Of a stretch of DNA of 64,000 nucleotides, positions 1 through 13,100 are shown piece after piece. A program made the position numbers and the translations under genes. Positions within the stretch are counted from its first letter, which is position 1. Each line of letters begins with the position of its first letter. This stretch comes from Octopus sinensis (Eukaryota). Location of the stretch: NCBI RefSeq assembly GCF_006345805.1, contig NC_042997.1:6386001-6450000 (forward strand), read 5' to 3'. The notes beneath the pieces are model-generated. The model searched no databases. It was not told the DNA's origin and saw only the letters and a program-made list of their open reading frames with translations.

Positions 1-1206
1 AATACATGTCTTCAAATTCCAAAACAGACATGAAGTAGAATATATAATTTAAATAAGAGTATTTGAAAAGCGATCTCTAAATTAGTCAGCAGAAAATTAA
101 AGTTATTTAGTTATGTAAACCAGGAAATGGATTGATATATTTTGATTTTGCGAAAAATATGTGAAGTGCTATCAAAGAATGTCAACATAAATTTCACATC
201 CTTTATCAATGTCACTTGTGATATATGAATCTGTATCTTCGCAGCATGTGTTCTCAAATACTATTAGGTACTAAGAATTCTTGAGACATATTCCTACTCA
301 ATTGAAGGGAAAATCCACGAAATGATACCCGAGGGAGAAAGTTGAAGAAAATTACTTGCCTGGTCCTAATTCGGAATTGAGGGTGCTGTTCGAATAGGAA
401 AATGAGTATAAACGACATAGCGCATCGCTTGGTCCCGCAATCGAAATTTACAGCTTCACAAATTTAAGCACAATGCATTAAACTCAACTTCTCTCAGCAC
501 GGGTAAGTAAACTAGGCTCAATTTCTCGATGTATAATTTCCAAAATTTGCGCACACATAGAAAACCAACACTCAATAATATGTAAGGGATAGCGGCCCGG
601 GTCCCTGTTTATATTACAAAAAAATCGGGTACGTCCAACATCAAGTTGGGAAAGACTGAGAGTTATTTGTGGATTATTAGACGTATATATGTAAGGTATA
701 GTAACGTTTGATAGTTATGATGTATTTTTCTCTTAATCCCTAATTTTATGATCATTTAAAACCTTTCCTATTTCTTTTATCTCCCTTTGCTGATTGATCC
801 CTAATGCGCGCGCACACACACATACTGTATCATTCTCCTTCTCCCTCTCTCTCTCTCTCTCTCACACACACATCTAGATAACTTACACGTGCATACATAT
901 ACACGTATTTTCGATTATCCATCACAAACACGTTATTAATATTTATCTTTAAATATTTTAACAACGAAATGCTTATATGCGGTTTCTGAATATACAAATA
1001 TGTTTTGTACATATTTCACATTCAAATGTCTCACATTGTTCAATTTTCAGTTATTGTGCTCTGCAAATCCGGACGTGAATTTCCATAAGCTAACATATAT
1101 CTCATATATAATACTTTATAAAAATATGAAATAAATTTTGTGGATGAACAGGCTTCCACACCCTTTATTATTAATAGTCTAATATGTGTGTGTGTGCGCG
1201 CGCGTA

Positions 1207-1547
1207 TAGGGTAAAGACGCCCTTCGGTAATGAATGACCATGGGATTACATCTACAATGTTCCCCTGTGATGTACATGTCCGGGCAAGGTTGTTCATTGA
1301 AGACTGGTAATCGCTCATGCATACAAGTCTCCCTCGTCCACGCCTCTAATGTTATCCAAGAGAAAGACAGATACACCTTGGCACTAGTGATGCTGCAACT
1401 CATTTCTACAGCTGAGTGAGCTGGAGTAACGTGAAATAAAGTGTCTTCCACAAGGCATATGACAATTAAAAATCATGTCCTGGAATCTAACTCACTATCT
1501 CATGATTGTGATCCGGACGTTCTAACCACTAAGTCACATGCCTTCAC
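1207..1547 (-). mobile_element. tRNA-derived SINE (cephalopod type)
   Basis: The minus strand begins gtgaaggcatgtgacttagtggttagaacgtcc...gagttagattccagg (A/B-box-like). It continues with the ...cactttatttcacgttactccagctcactcagctg body shared with the copies at 18346 and 54750. Confidence 0.75.
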
Positions 1548-1998
1548 TATATTTGTATATATATGTATTTATGTATATATGAATACATATATGTAACTAC
1601 ATTTGTGTGTGCGTGTATTTATCTCTGTGTGTTTGTGTGAGAAATTATATGGATAAACAGATTAGACACACCCACCATAGTAGATACATTAAATGCATCA
1701 AATAAAAAATATACATATACGTATACATGCAGAACGAGAAGAAAGCAAAAGGTGGTAACTTTCAGGTGACGAGACTCTATCGTTAAATATACAGATAGTT
1801 ATATTATTAGATGCAAAAGACAGAGAAAAGTAATGAGGTGGAAGAAAGGTGTTATAAGTCTAACAGCAATTTACGGTGACACGACGATCCATAATGATAA
1901 TGGTAGATTTATCTCATCACTATATACGGCCGTATGGATGCAGATAGCGTCGGGTGAGATGAGCCTCCGTCATATAGCAATATTATATAAATGCAAGG

Positions 1999-2042
<44 letters not shown>

Positions 2043-2066
2043 AAATAATATCGTGAAGTATGTTTT

Positions 2067-2281
2067 CCACCTAACTGTGGTTAACCCTTAAGGGTTCATG
2101 CTACTGTAGCTTGTAGTCCCAAGAAGACAATATACTATAGCTGGAGATGAGAACGATGACTACCATTTGGAAATTCTGATAGGGCCCAGTTAGTATCTCA
2201 AAAGCCAGCTGGAAGACATGTCTTCCTGGGGCAACAATCTACAGTAGCATCAGCCTTTAAGGGTTAGCCACATTTAGGTGG
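2067..2281. mobile_element. MITE-like fold-back element with long terminal inverted repeats
   Basis: ccacctaactgtggttaacccttaagggttcatgctactgtagcttgtagtcccaagaagaca matches the reverse complement of the right end (ccacctaaatgtggctaacccttaaaggctgatgctactgtagattgttgccccaggaagaca) over about 65 bp. Confidence 0.65.
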
Positions 2282-2380
2282 CGAATATAATTCCCGATGT
2301 CATGCATCTGCTGTTTATACCTCGCCCAGATGTTTAATCTTATATTTAGACTGCCATATTAGTATGGCGATAACTATTAA

Positions 2381-2447
<67 letters not shown>

Positions 2448-2452
<5 letters not shown>

Positions 2453-2800
2453 CAAATTTGGACAAGAACGCAAAACATTCAAATAGGCGATACAAAAAAC
2501 GGACGGGTCATTCGAAGCCTCTAATCTTCAGTCAAGGACCGGATCATCCTCGCAATTTCGGCTGATTAATCTTGAGATTGCTCCGATCTGGCCAGCCCCA
2601 AGGAAACACTAAGCTACGAGCATTAGATTTCTTGGAAAAAGGATCGAATGTATACGAAACAAGGACAGAAAAACGGACGATGTTACACGAATATAAATAA
2701 AAATACAAAAAGTAATACGAATATAAATACAAAAAACAATAATAATAATAAGAGGACGAAAACAACGGTCGTCTCTCGACATTAGACAGTTCAACTTAGC
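2448..2800. repeat. Unclassified non-coding element abutting a (TA)n tract
   Basis: A higher-complexity block directly after (TA)n 2386-2447. It resembles a dispersed octopus repeat I recall, but there is no second copy in this window. Confidence 0.35.
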
Positions 2801-2937
2801 TATATGCATATGTGTATGCGTGTATGTGTACGTGTGTATGTGCTCGCTAAACGTAATTGTGTTAATATGCTTTAGTAACACATTCTGCGCCTGTCTGCTT
2901 CCCTCTCTCTCTCTTTTTCTCCCTCCCGCTCTCTCTC

Positions 2938-2999
<62 letters not shown>

Positions 3000-3635
3000 A
3001 TATATACATATAAACATATATATATATATATATATATATATACACGCTCTGTCTCTCACCCACACACATGTATATATACACGCGTGGATTGATTATCATG
3101 TGTAATTTAAGCTACGTTATATGCTAATAACAAACGGATGATATAAATATAATGTGACTCTTATGTATTCCTATGTTTATTAACATTACAGAATTGCAAG
3201 CCAGAATTTCATATATTTCATATCCTTTATATCACTAGGTTATTATATAAACTGCCACTCTTCTATGATAATATAAGGAATAAAACAACATGAGATAAGG
3301 AAACGTTTCAGGGCCATTGAGGGAATAGAATTAAAAAATAACATGGAAATATGCATCTTATCAACATTTTCAACATATATTAACTAAGAAGGACAATTTT
3401 TATTCCCAGTTTTCGATGCTAAGACAAAAGAATTTGAATTCTACATTTCAAATTGATTTTAAAACGATAATTCCAATGAACCCCTTGTAGATCTGGTTTG
3501 TATAATTAAACATTCTTACGCTTTTGAGATTACCCATAGAGTAACATGTTTTGAATCATATACACATTCACAGTATTATATATGGGCAAACCCGTATACA
3601 TATAAAAGATAAAAGATATTTATATATATATATAT

Positions 3636-3848
3636 CTTTTACTCTCTTTTACTTGTTTCAGTCATTTGACTGCGGCAATGCTGCAGCACCGCCTTTAGTC
3701 GAGCAGATCGACCCCGGGACTTATTCTTTGTAAGCCCAGTACTTATTATATCGGTCACTTTTGCCGAACCGCTAAGTGACGGGGACATAAACACACCAGC
3801 ATCGGTTGTCAAGCAATGCTAGCGGGACAAACAGAGACACAAACATAT

Positions 3849-3923
<75 letters not shown>

Positions 3924-4073
3924 CATATATACGACAGGCTTCTTTAAGTTCCGTCTAGCAAATCCCCTCACAAGGGATTGGTCGGCCCGGGGCTATAGCA
4001 GAAGACACTTGCCCAAGATGCTACGCAGTGGGACTGAACCCGGAACCATGTGGTTGGTAAGCAAGCTACTTAC
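3636..4073 (-). mobile_element. tRNA-derived SINE with internal (TA)n/(CA)n; 5' end slightly truncated
   Basis: Near-identical in reverse complement to 44271-44650: B-box ggttcagtcccactg, body ...cggttcggcaaaag...ggggtcgat..., tail cagtcaaatgactgaaacaagtaaaagag. Confidence 0.9.
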
Positions 4074-4097
4074 CTATATATATATTTATATATATAT

Positions 4098-4610
4098 ATT
4101 TTATGCGTTTCAGCCATGCTGGTGCTCCGGCTTTACTGCGTGCGGGGATTTTTCCAGTATTAATTCTGGAGAAGTAGTGTGTTGGACGTTGCCGTTCTTC
4201 TTTTTGCCTCCTACTGCGTTGTGGTTTCATCCAGAATTGCAGGTGTTTGCTGAAGACTTCCATCTCTGCATCTTGCACATCCCTGAAATTCTGTCGTAGG
4301 GCATTAAATAGTTACGTTCCCTTGAATAACAAGTCCTTTCAATATTGGGTTCCTATCCTCGGTGGAGAAGTTGCGACATTTGGTTCTGTGCAGTGTCGTC
4401 CAGTTCGGGGATTCATGTAGCTTCCAGTTCAGGAATTTTGAACCAGCCCCTCTATTATTTTCCTCATGTATAATATTGTATATCTCTCACGTCTCCTCTC
4501 CAGGGTGTAGAGTTCCAGTTCCCTCAATCTCTCGCAGTTGCCCACGTGTTTTACGGAGTCTATCTTCTTTGTGGAGTGGCGTTGCATCGCTTGTACTTCC
4601 GTAATTAGTT
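4098..4610 (-). mobile_element. CR1/L2-group LINE 3' fragment (ORF2 C-terminus), degenerate
   Basis: The minus strand translates to EVQAMQRHSTKKIDSVKHVGNCERLRELELYTLERRRERY...NPRTGRHC...LFNALR, homologous to the copy at 8904-9668. Confidence 0.8.
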
Positions 4611-5346
4611 TTCCGCAATTACATATAATTGGCCAGATAGAAATTAAAAATAAATGAACGGCTATTAAAACCGTTAATACGGTGTAAGTTAAATAAATAA
4701 AAAAGTAAATAAATTATATATGCTGGAAGCGCCCCTGGTCTATACACTTCGGACAATAGGAAACTGACTCAAATACCTTCTAGTAAGTAAAAATTACTTT
4801 AATCGATGAGTACTTTATTATGATAAATACTTCAGACATAATTATCAATAATAGTTAAGATTTCAATTCTTTACCATATATTTACCCTTTCCTTGACCTA
4901 TCCTATTTGCGTAAAAATCTATGATTATTATTATTATTATTTATTCTAACTATGCACCCTCCTGTATATAGGACTTTCCAAGCAAATACCTATTTATAAG
5001 TTTAGTCATTTACATAAGGGTTTAGAAAAATACACACGCAACAGGACATGATTCTCACCATATTCAAACTTAACGTCTCATTTTCTTGTCTTTTCTGTTT
5101 ATTTATTTATCTGTTTTCCACTCTGATGAAAGAACTCAATGTTTAAAATCAGTTTTATTACCAACTCTGATGTATATTTTTAGCATAATAATGATGAAAC
5201 CAAAGAACATTAGCTACAGAAACAGCTGTAAGGGGAGATGAAGTTTTTTTGTAAATAGTTTATAATACTTGATGCAAATGAATTGTTGTTCATTATTATC
5301 TACATTTTCTATTTTCTTCAAATTCTCTCTCTCCCTCCCTCCCTCC

Positions 5347-5378
<32 letters not shown>

Positions 5379-5519
5379 GTATGTATATACATATATATAT
5401 ATATATATATGTAAATATATATGTATATATATGTATATGTATATATACATATATATATGTACATATGTATGTATATGTATATATATATTCGTATACACTC
5501 ACACACACACACACACACT

Positions 5520-5551
<32 letters not shown>

Positions 5552-8197
5552 TATGTGAGTGTGTGTGTGTAACTGTATATAGGTATGAATGTCCGCATTA
5601 TGTATATGAGTACCAGTGTTGTGTGTGTTGTATAGAACATTGGAAATTTATAAGCACTTCATCCTCAAGAGCCTACAACCTGGCGTTAAACTGATAATAT
5701 ATGTTTTCTATAGCAATCGAAGCTCATATAAGCAGAAGGCGTTTAGTTTCCTAAAACGATGATAACGCAGAACAAAGAACGAATTAATTTCCCAGGGTAC
5801 TTTCTTTCCTCATTTACACATCAGTTGCCAATTTGAGTATGTTTGATAACAGAATATAACAAAATATATTCTTTTTTGGAAAATCAGCGTAATATATCGT
5901 AATGATAGATGTAACATAATGAATCATGATGACACGTCAATTATAATTGATTTGAATATATCTATAAATAAGAAGCGTTTTGGTTAGGTATACGTCTGTA
6001 AGAACCCTGTTATCAAATACTTGAAAATTTAATAAGAATTTTTCGAGTGATATTTGTACACTTTTCAATATAAATGTGATTTCAGTTTTAAAAAATTACA
6101 GGTTTAAGCAAAGACACTACCGTGTAATAAGTAGGAAGAATAATTCGAATTTCAAATGTAAATTTATAACAAAATATTGCAACTTATTTATCCGGCACCT
6201 TTCTTTATCTAATTATTATTTTTTTTCAACCTTGTATAAAATTTCATTGCTGGAAACGAACTAATTTTTTAGTTATATCGATTTGGAAGAACATTACAGA
6301 GACAGACTATTCTTCACGTAATTCCTGGTAAATAATGGAATATGTTTCCTTTATATATTTAAGAGTAATCTTCGTTCGTGAGATTATCTCCCCATCTCAA
6401 TCAGAGTAAGATGTAAATGCCACTAGGTGTAGCTTAACATTCTCTCTAAGTCAAAATAATTTCTATTTTATTTTCTATGGCAGCATGGCGTTATAATTTG
6501 TCGTTAAATTTCTCACTGTTGAATTTGCTGTTTCCCTTAGGAATTTTTGTTTACATACACAACTTCATACACGCAGAAACACATGCACATACAAAAGCGC
6601 GCGCGCACACACATGTCATATTTCGACTTATTACCCGTAACCTGAAAATACATGTGTAAATAAATATATGTATTTTCAAGTTACAGGTAATTATTGACGA
6701 CCTGTTTATATAGATATCCGTCAAAATATCAAATTTATTTAATTATTATGGACATATATTACTGCTTGCAATCAAATGGAACTGTAATAAGGGTTGAGTA
6801 GCGTATCTATATATGTAATCTAATAATAAAAATATATTAGCATGCTGACATATTTATATGTGATTTGTTGATAATCATACAGATATCTCTAATATATCGG
6901 AAGTTAAGCGGAGAGAAGATTTTCATGAAAGACAGCAACATAATTTACTAAGCTCTGCTTTTCTTAAATATTATTTTTAAACTGTTAATAATGATACGTT
7001 CAGATTTAAATTACTATATCAAAAATGTTTCTGTTTTACCTTACATATTTTACCATTGCCAGTTCATTTCTCTTCATTGGTGTCACTAAGATACTTATGT
7101 ATACAAAGAATATTACGTTAAATACATCTATTGGATATTCAGGTCTACGTTTTGTCATTCATAATATTACGCCATCATTTTACAATATATATATATACTA
7201 ACAGATATATGCAAATGAGTTCACAAAACTAAAATGGAATACACATTTATATGCATTCGTATATGTGCATGAATATATGTTTCTGTACAAACATTATGCA
7301 TAACTATATATCTCTAAAATGAATAAAACCATTTATAGAAAATTATAGTGCGACGCTCTGTTTCCTACAAAATTCAAATATTAAGAATAGGAACTGTGTC
7401 TCGAATTCAGAAAAATAAAAGAAATAATATTGTAGACGAAACAATATCACGGATAAGAAACAGTATTACAGATAAAATCCATAACGCATTGAGACATTTA
7501 TTTCATTATAATTTTCAGTACAGAGGGTTGTAAGCAATGCCCACCTAATAAGAAAAGGGGACAGAAAGTGGACAAATAGATAAGAGAGAAGAAAAAACTT
7601 TTAGGAAGGATACTATGCAATTGATACACCTATTTTAAATACATTTTTTTTACCATTTATTCTTCATTTCTTATATTTTTCGATTTTCCTATGGCATGAC
7701 TTCATACTTCCTGTGTTTACGTATACTGAATGTATAATATCCTAAAAAAATGAGCAACTATTTTGGAGTCTATCTGTAAAATGATTGCTATTTCTCCTGA
7801 TAACTGTGTTCCTGATTATTTGATAAAGGTTTGTTTCCTGTACATGTACCCCATGTTAAACAAATGAATATTGTATGAAAGGGGTTACAATAGCGACGAA
7901 TAGAAAGATAAATACATTTACATGTTTTTTTCATCATACCTCGGGTAAATTCCAACGTAAGAGGCTCAAGCAGAAAGCATGTACAGTCAAATTTTCCAAA
8001 GCTGTTTATAACTTTTGTAATGAGATAATTAACTAACCGACTAGAGAAAAGTACGTCAACTATAAATATTTATATAAAGTTAGGATAAACATCATATGAG
8101 ACGCTTAAAAATGATTGAATACTTGCTTTTCGTACCTTATCTCTCTCTCTCTCTCTCTGTATATAAGTTGAGTTGTGGGGTATCGCACGAGTGGAAT

Positions 8198-8576
8198 TAT
8201 ATACGAAAGAAGGTTTGAAAATGCAATTTAAAAGGTTTTTTTACATAATTGTCACATTACATGTATAAATATAGTGTTTAGTAACAGAGATATGTTAAGG
8301 GCATAAAGAAGTTCAATAGTGTGATGAGAATATTTGGAAAAATTGGCAGAAAGGAATAAAACTAATATCTCTGTTACCAAACATTATATTTATACATGTA
8401 ATGTGACAATTATGTAAAAAAAACCTTTTTTAATTCATAATATTCAATGTGGCAATTATGTAAAAAACTTTTTTGAATCCATAATATTCAATGTTACTTT
8501 TGACAATCTTTTACCAAAGAGTGAAACCGGTTAAGTAAATAAACATCTTTTAAATTGCATTTTCAAACCTTCTTTC

Positions 8577-8584
<8 letters not shown>
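8198..8584. repeat. Long interrupted inverted repeat flanked by (TA)n
   Basis: 8198-8293 is the reverse complement of 8366-8430 plus 8549-8584. Confidence 0.75.
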
Positions 8585-8621
<37 letters not shown>

Positions 8622-8903
8622 ATATCGTTTCAGGATTTGGTTTACAAGATTCTTTATATGAGTTCGTGCGTTGAAGCATATTCTGCTGTGTCTGGGGAGG
8701 GTCATTTCCTTTTTGCGCTTTATAAGGTAACAAACTCACCTGTAAATTTTTATTTCTTAATTTTAGAGAATTTCAGAAAAAATATAGTTTTATGAAAATA
8801 TAATTAAGAGAAAGTGGAAATTTTACCGGTGACTGTGCTACATTATAAGGCACAAAAAGAAAATGACTCTCCCAGGACACAACAGTATATATATGTATAT
8901 ATA

Positions 8904-9668
8904 TCTGTGAGGGACCTGAGTATCGACATGAGTGATGATACCTCTTTCCAAGTGCACATTACCAGGATGGCGACAAAGTGCAGACGACTGGCTGGATGGA
9001 TCCTAAGAACATTCAGAACCAGAGATAAGGAAACCCTGATGGTCCTCTGACCGACATTCGTCCTCAGCCGCCTGGGTTACTGCTCACAGCTATGGTCACC
9101 CACCAGTCTGAAATTAACAGCGGACCTTCAAGCAATCTAGAGAAGATTCACAAAGAAGATCGTCTCTTTGCAACAGCTCAGCTACTGGGAAAAGTTGAAA
9201 CGGCTAAGTGTCTAATCCTTGGAGAGAAGACGGGAGAGGTATGCAGTAATATATATCTGGAAGATCCTGGAAGGAATTGTGCCAAATTTTGTCATTGAAA
9301 CTACACCAATGCTAGAAGGGGACGACACTGCATATTGCCAAAGCTCCCAGCAATGCCATCACGCTTCAGTACCAGCTACTGCAACAGCCTGGGTTTTAAG
9401 GGCCTACAGCTTTTTAATATTCTCCCAAAGAGTCTGAGGAACTTGCACAAAATAGATGTAGCGGCTTCTAAATCAAAGTTGGACCTCTTCCTGTCGAGAG
9501 TCCCAGATGAACCTACTTCACGGAAAGAAGTGCAAATGAGGGTAGTTATATCAAACTCCATTCTTCACCAAGTGCCACATATTAGAGGAGTCTCTTAGTA
9601 ATAACAGTGTAGCACAAAACGGCAGTGCATAAGCATGGCCGCAGCTCTGAGCTGAAACTAAAAAAAAT
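8904..9668 (+). mobile_element. CR1/L2-group LINE 3' fragment (RT thumb/C-terminus), degenerate
   Basis: RDLSIDMSDDTSFQVHI...LAGWILRTF, YCSQLWSP, SLERRRERYAVIYIWKILEG, LQLFNILPKSLRNL...KLDLFLSRVPDEP; ends in an A-run. Confidence 0.9.
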
Positions 9669-9680
9669 ATGTATATATAT

Positions 9681-9828
9681 GATAGTCTTCTTTCAGTTTT
9701 CGTGAAACAGATACACTCACAAGTATTTGTTCGACCCGAGGGTTAATTAGACGACATTAGACCAGTGTGGCACGTAGTGGGACTGAACCCGGAACTACGG
9801 GGTTGGTGAGCAAGCTACTTTTATCCAC
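9681..9828 (-). mobile_element. tRNA-derived SINE 5' fragment
   Basis: gtgggactgaacccggaac...ggttggtgagcaagctact matches the SINE at 3636-4073. Confidence 0.75.
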
Positions 9829-11943
9829 TTAGTTTGCAACACAATAGCTGCGGGCTGGACAAGGACACTATTCTGATGAGGATGATAACGATAAAAATGA
9901 ATAAAAACGGGAGGGGCACCGGGAAAACACTGTTCACTTTAAAATTTAAGAATAAAAATTAAATATAAAGTAATTAGTTTCAAGTATAAAGCTTTAAAAA
10001 TAAAATTCTTTTTTCATTCATCTTCCTCGTCCAGGTCCCCAAGTAAATTTCCTGTCACCAACAGGAAAGTATGCGTTGGCAGGCCCGGATGGAGGGAAAC
10101 AAAATCGTCATTATTACAGCTCCTCCTGGCCTCAAATCTTCTAGTGTGACAGCCTCCACAACCACCTGATGAGGTCAAAATGGACCGTCTAAACTGACTG
10201 AGTCTTATCGTTCTCGGTCTAGAAGACTATCCAAGTACACATCAACAAGCCCTCGCCTGAGGTAGAAAATGTAAAGTTCCACCTCTTTCTCACTGGAAGG
10301 GGCCTAGACCTTTTCTGTCAGTGGCACAATCCCCAGTGACAGAGCCTCTCGCTCTGGTGGCACAATTCCTACCGGAGGAACCTCAGGTTCGGTCGGTGGC
10401 ACATCGACATCCACCGACCGTCCCCCGTTTGTCTTCCTTCTTTTTCTTTTGCGTTTGCGGAAGTCGGGGCCTCTGTCGGCAAACCCGTGTGGCCCTCCTC
10501 CTCTCCAGCAACCTGCATTTCTCCTGGTGAGTAACCACCGTTGATCACCTTTCTCTTCCTTTTCATTGAGGCCGACGCCTCAACAACTTCCTTCGTTTCT
10601 CCCTGCAATGTGTAAGCGGAGGGTACCTTCATCTTTCCTTGCTCCTGGACCTTACCACGGCCGTCCTTAATGTTGCCTGACTCCAGGCATGAGTGACCCT
10701 TAGGAGGGCTACCCTCAAGTATCACTGGGCACCATGAGCCAGCTATTATCAAAAAGTCAGGGAAAGTCATTTCACCCGTGGCCACTGGGGTCCATAGGGT
10801 CAAATTCGCCTTTGCCCCCTCCCAGTCGACCGCAGGCTTTTTATCTACATTTAAGAGCCTGGGCCCGCTATCGCACTCCACCCTGCATAGGTGCCCGAGG
10901 GCAGACCACATACCCAGGCACTTATCACCTTCTTCCCACGATATGTGTGAAGAAACAAAATCTCCTCCACTTAGAGGGGCTGGCCTGCCACAGTTCAAGC
11001 TTCCTCAGGGGTGTCAAAAGGCAAACACACCGTGGCATATGACACACCTTGTCACATTATAATTTTTGGCTGGCAAACATTTTGCCAGCTCTTTATCAAT
11101 AATACCCCTGTCGAAGAAGGCGATGGTGTCACGCGACCTAGAATAGGTCCGTAGTACCCCTCTCAAGGTCTCCAAGCTACTTCTTCGGTGGGACATCTCC
11201 CACTGTAAAGCGAAGGCCTTATTTTTTTATATATTTTCTGCCATGAGAACAAAATATCCACATAAAATAAACGCAAAAGAACCAAAAATTGTAAACACAG
11301 GAAAAATAAAGAAAACTGTTCAATAAATGCAGATGAAATGAAAATAACAGTTCATATCAAAACAGTTCACAAGAGAAAGGAAAAACATTTCACAGAGAGT
11401 AAATAAAAATATATAGTTCCAGGCAGGAAAACAAAATCAGGCCACAAAGGTACTCCGGCCCTATTCGATCCCGGCTCCGTTGCAGCTCTCAGTTGATGGT
11501 AAAATCCAATTCTTTGCTTGTGACTAAGCAAAAAAATTAATTAATTAATTAAATCTTCCTCAAATCCGCAATTTTCAAAACCTCTTAGGTTGTTTGAAAT
11601 CAACAATAATCGTTCTTCAATTTTTCTCCACTGTAGAGAAACAACAGTTTACTCCAAAAACTTCCGGCTTCCTGCTCCGGCCGTTCAACCAAGCCTACCG
11701 GCAACAAGCCAAACACACTTTTGCTTGCTAAACAAGCAACAAATTCACCGTCAAGAGTAAGCGAAAATGCCACAGAACTGGGCAGAATACAATATAATAA
11801 AAATATAACACAATAATTCTATCCAGCTCAGAAAAAACAAAATCGCTTACATTCAATGCGACCTTTTTCTTAAAGACGGAGCTATAGACCTACACGTCTT
11901 CCCTTGTTCACTTCAGCAAGTAACTAACAAACACGCATGCGTA
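9823..11943 (-). mobile_element. gag-like ORF1-only element A (L1/Tx1-type ORF1-like, decayed zinc knuckle)
   Basis: Minus-strand ORF remnants 11196 to 10017 include VILEGSPPKGHSCLESGNIKD (decayed CCHC in the same context as element C), a Lys/Pro-rich C-terminus and a stop after LGDLDEEDE. No RT or endonuclease was seen. Confidence 0.55.
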
Positions 11944-12059
11944 AGCAAGCTACTTTATTTCTTAAAATTTGTCATATAGGACAGTACAAAGTTTGTGTAG
12001 CTTTGCGGGATGGACCAACACATTTATGAATGAAAATGAAATATAATGAATAAATGAGA

Positions 12060-13100
12060 GACGAGACCAACACCCGCCGATTGGATTTTCTCGAAAACAT
12101 ATTTTCTTTTTTTTTTTAATCAATACGAGGTTTCAAATCGCTTATAAGAAGGAGGCACTTTAACATCTTAACATGTTTTTTAAAGCACACAATTGAGGTT
12201 ATAAACCACTACCAATAATACAATAAGATGAGGTTTCAAACCCTCTAACGAGGTTTTCACCACTTACTCATCGATATATTCATCATTATCTTCAATGCCA
12301 CTTGAGTTCCTGTACCCCGCCGTTTCCCATGCCTCACTCATGTAGGACATGTAAATTGTGTAAGGGCCAAATTCTTTGAGCCTTTCCCACAATGAAAACC
12401 TTATGACCCCCACAGCTATCTGCAGAGGCCATTCGGGATACCGTGTGAAGTGTATATCTATTGTCTCTTTATGTTCTTCTACTATTTTTCCACCTCCCCG
12501 CCCTTGTGGAAAAAATAATTTATTCATCATATTTAAGGGTGGCGGTCGTTTCTTCCGCCGTGGGTGGCACAACTTCGGGACATGCAGACGGCAGATAATC
12601 TCCCCACTGCGATGACCGGTACTTCTTTCTGTTTTTCCTTTTCTTCCCGACTTCAGGAGAGTGGAGCTATTCCGCATTGACTGGAGTCTCTCCCCCACCT
12701 CCCGAAACCTTAGAAAGAAAGAAAAATGAAAGAAGGGAAAAATAAAAGAAGACCTCACAAATAGAACAGACAGGGAATCCTTCGTATAATATTCCAACAG
12801 GTAATCCAATAGTCGGGGTTATACTTGAAATACAGCAGTTAGATAAATTCCAATTTTTCTAGCGAGATACGCCCACTAGAATTTACAAATTATTTGCCGA
12901 AAAAAAAGCCACACCGAAGAATTTTTCCAACAAAATTTCTCAATTCATCGTTATGGTGATGAGAATACAACATTTCTGCTCGCTAAAGCGAGCCATAATT
13001 GACATTTTTTTCTTTTTGTTCTTTTTCATATTAACAAACCAAAGTTCGCGTCTTCTCAATCCCGCCCAACTAGTGTTGCATTCTGGGTAACTGGAAGTAA
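12060..13100 (-). mobile_element. Element B: ORF1 C-terminal-like remnant (basic/Pro-rich)
   Basis: ORF 12264..12809, plus an alternative frame PEVGKKRKNRKK...CPEVVPPTAEE resembling the C-terminal part of element A. The homology is weak. Confidence 0.35.

Noticed and set aside
340-510. CpG-richer segment ending in a perfect donor G|GTAAGT at about 502
   Set aside because: It could be a non-coding first exon, but a single donor motif is insufficient evidence.
2500-2545. Minus-strand CTGAAGA...GAAT motif in the 2448-2800 element
   Set aside because: The helices cannot be arranged as a hammerhead three-way junction (no stem I partner after GUC).
10161-10210. CTGATGA-GGTC-aaaatg-GACC hammerhead-like start
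   Set aside because: GAAA is interrupted (gtctaaac), no stem I partner was found, and it lies antisense within the coding remnant of element A.
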